Assembly: GCA_964035545.1 (NCBI GenBank)
Contig: OZ037768.1
Span: forward strand, 14,765,675 to 14,829,674
Source: Bugula neritina
Taxonomy: Eukaryota; Animalia; Bryozoa
Direction: 5' to 3'
Length of the DNA: 64,000 nt
The notes under the pieces were generated by a model. It saw only the letters and a program-made list of their open reading frames with translations. It searched no databases and was not told the DNA's origin. Position numbers and translations under genes: made by a program. Positions 62,602-64,000 of this stretch are shown here, piece after piece; within the stretch, counting starts at the first letter, position 1; each line of letters begins with the position of its first letter.

Positions 62602-64000
62602 CGAAATATATGGTAACCTACTGAAATATGTTGCAAACCACTAAAACATACTGCATCATCCTGCAACAAAATGAAATTTACGGTAACACTGAAGCATACT
62701 GCAATATACTGAAATATACTGTAACATACTAAGACATACTGCAACATACCGAAAAATATGGTAACCTACTGAAATATGTTACAAACTACTGAAACATACT
62801 GCAACATACTGCAACATAATGAAATATACTGCAACAAACTGAAAGATACTGCAACATACTGAAATACACTATAGAATACCCAAATATACTGCAACATACT
62901 GAAATATACTGCAAGATACTGCAACATACTGAAATACACTGTAACATACTGAAATACACTGTAACATATTGAAAAACACTGTAACATATTGAAATACACT
63001 GCAACACATTGAAATATTCCGCAACATACCGAGATATATGGTAAGCTAATGAGATATACTGTAACACGTTGAAGTACACTGCAACATACTGAAATACACT
63101 GCAACACACTAAATTATACTGTAATTTACAGAAATGTACTGCAACATACTGAAATATACTGCAAGATACTGCAACATACTGAAATACACTGTAACATACT
63201 GAAATACACTGCAACATACTGAAATATACTGCATGATACTGCAACATACTGATACACATTGTAAGATACTGAAATGCACTGCAACATACTGAAACATACT
63301 GCATGATACTGCAACATACTCATACACATTGTAAGATACTGAAATACACTGCAACATACCGCAACATACTGCAACGTATTGAATTACACTGTAACATATT
63401 GAAAAACACTGCAACACATTGAAACATACTGCAACATACTGAAACATACGGCAACATACTGAAATATACTGCGACACATTGAAATATAGTGCAACATACT
63501 GAAATATGCTGTAGCATACTGAAATACACTGCAATACACTGAAGTATACTGTAATATACAGAAACGTACTGTAACATACTGAAACATACGGCAACATACT
63601 ACAATATACTGTGACACATTGAAGTATACTGCAACATACTGAAATACACCGTAACATACTGAAATACACTGCAACATACTGAAATACACTGTAACATATT
63701 GAAATACACTGCATCACACTGAAATATACTGAAACATACCGAAATATATGGTAACCTACTGAAATATGTTGCAAACCACTAAAACATACTGCATCATCCT
63801 GCAACAAAATGAAATTTACGGTAACACTGAAGCATACTGCAATATACTGAAATATACTGTAACATACTAAGACATACTGCAACATACCGAAAAATATGGT
63901 AACCTACTGAAATATGTTACAAACTACTGAAACATACTGCAACATACTGCAACATAACGAAATATACTGCAACAAACTGAAAGATACTGCAACATACTGA
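62595..64000. repeat. Rearranged derivative of the 4611-bp HOR with a 1138-bp local period (one full copy plus a partial second copy)
   Basis: The CACTAAAACAT...GAAATTTACGG variant block has its CTAAAA at 62641 and 63779. ORF 63109 matches ORF 59828 (offset 3281). Confidence 0.75.

Larger units (their letters stand above)
1..64000. repeat. Satellite DNA array, degenerate 10-bp monomer (ACTGCAACAT / ACTGAAATAY, 20-bp dimer), about 6,400 monomers, extending beyond both window edges
   Basis: Every line parses into 10-bp units of the form ACTG(C/A/T)AA(C/T)A(T/C) in one orientation. The register is broken only by rare 8- and 9-bp units. No non-repeat sequence was seen. Confidence 0.98.

Noticed and set aside
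42-63885. Hundreds of minus-strand ORFs (up to 355 aa at 36739-37806 and 353 aa at 35446-36507) encoding C/V/Y/S/Q/F-rich repeats
   Set aside because: They overlap in all three frames with the same permuted peptide, which follows directly from a stop-free 10/20-bp consensus. The period is not a multiple of 3, the 1- and 2-bp deletions ignore frame, and there is no recognisable domain.
1-64000. CRISPR-like repeat/spacer array
   Set aside because: There are no unique spacers, no constant-length direct repeat and no cas genes. The sequence between landmarks is itself satellite monomer.
1-64000. Telomeric repeat or G-quadruplex array
   Set aside because: There is no TTAGGG-like unit. G or C runs are rare (an isolated CCCC landmark only), and the monomers are too heterogeneous for a telomerase-templated tract.
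1-64000. Assignment to a named satellite family or host taxon
   Set aside because: I do not recognise the monomer with confidence. It is not the Drosophila AATAACATAG 10-mer, and a database search is required.
1-64000. Antigenic-variation cassette bank or encoded information store
   Set aside because: Module shuffling is fully explained by ordinary tandem-repeat recombination. No expression site, recombinase or reading-frame conservation is visible.

Overview
The whole 64 kb window is one uninterrupted, head-to-tail satellite DNA array, most likely eukaryotic heterochromatin (host not identifiable from the sequence). The base unit is a degenerate 10-bp monomer in two main forms, ACTGCAACAT and ACTGAAATAY, which mostly alternate as a 20-bp dimer (about 6,400 monomers). 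Variant monomers form recognisable 40-500 bp modules, and these are shuffled into local higher-order repeats (HORs) that replace one another along the array: 1008/3085/7228 bp (1-14 kb), 3236 bp (17.4-25.3 kb), 1129 bp (36-38 kb), 3314 bp (39-47 kb), 4611 bp (52.4-62.6 kb) and possibly a nascent 1138-bp unit at the right edge. There are also long-range copies at offsets of 17,216, 15,498 and 23,333 bp. I found no genes, RNA genes, transposons, CRISPR array, inversion or unique sequence. The many minus-strand ORFs are an artefact of a consensus with no stop codon on that strand. I cannot support a novel coding system here; the interest lies in the multi-level repeat architecture. Breakpoints were traced by eye and are approximate (about +/-20 bp).
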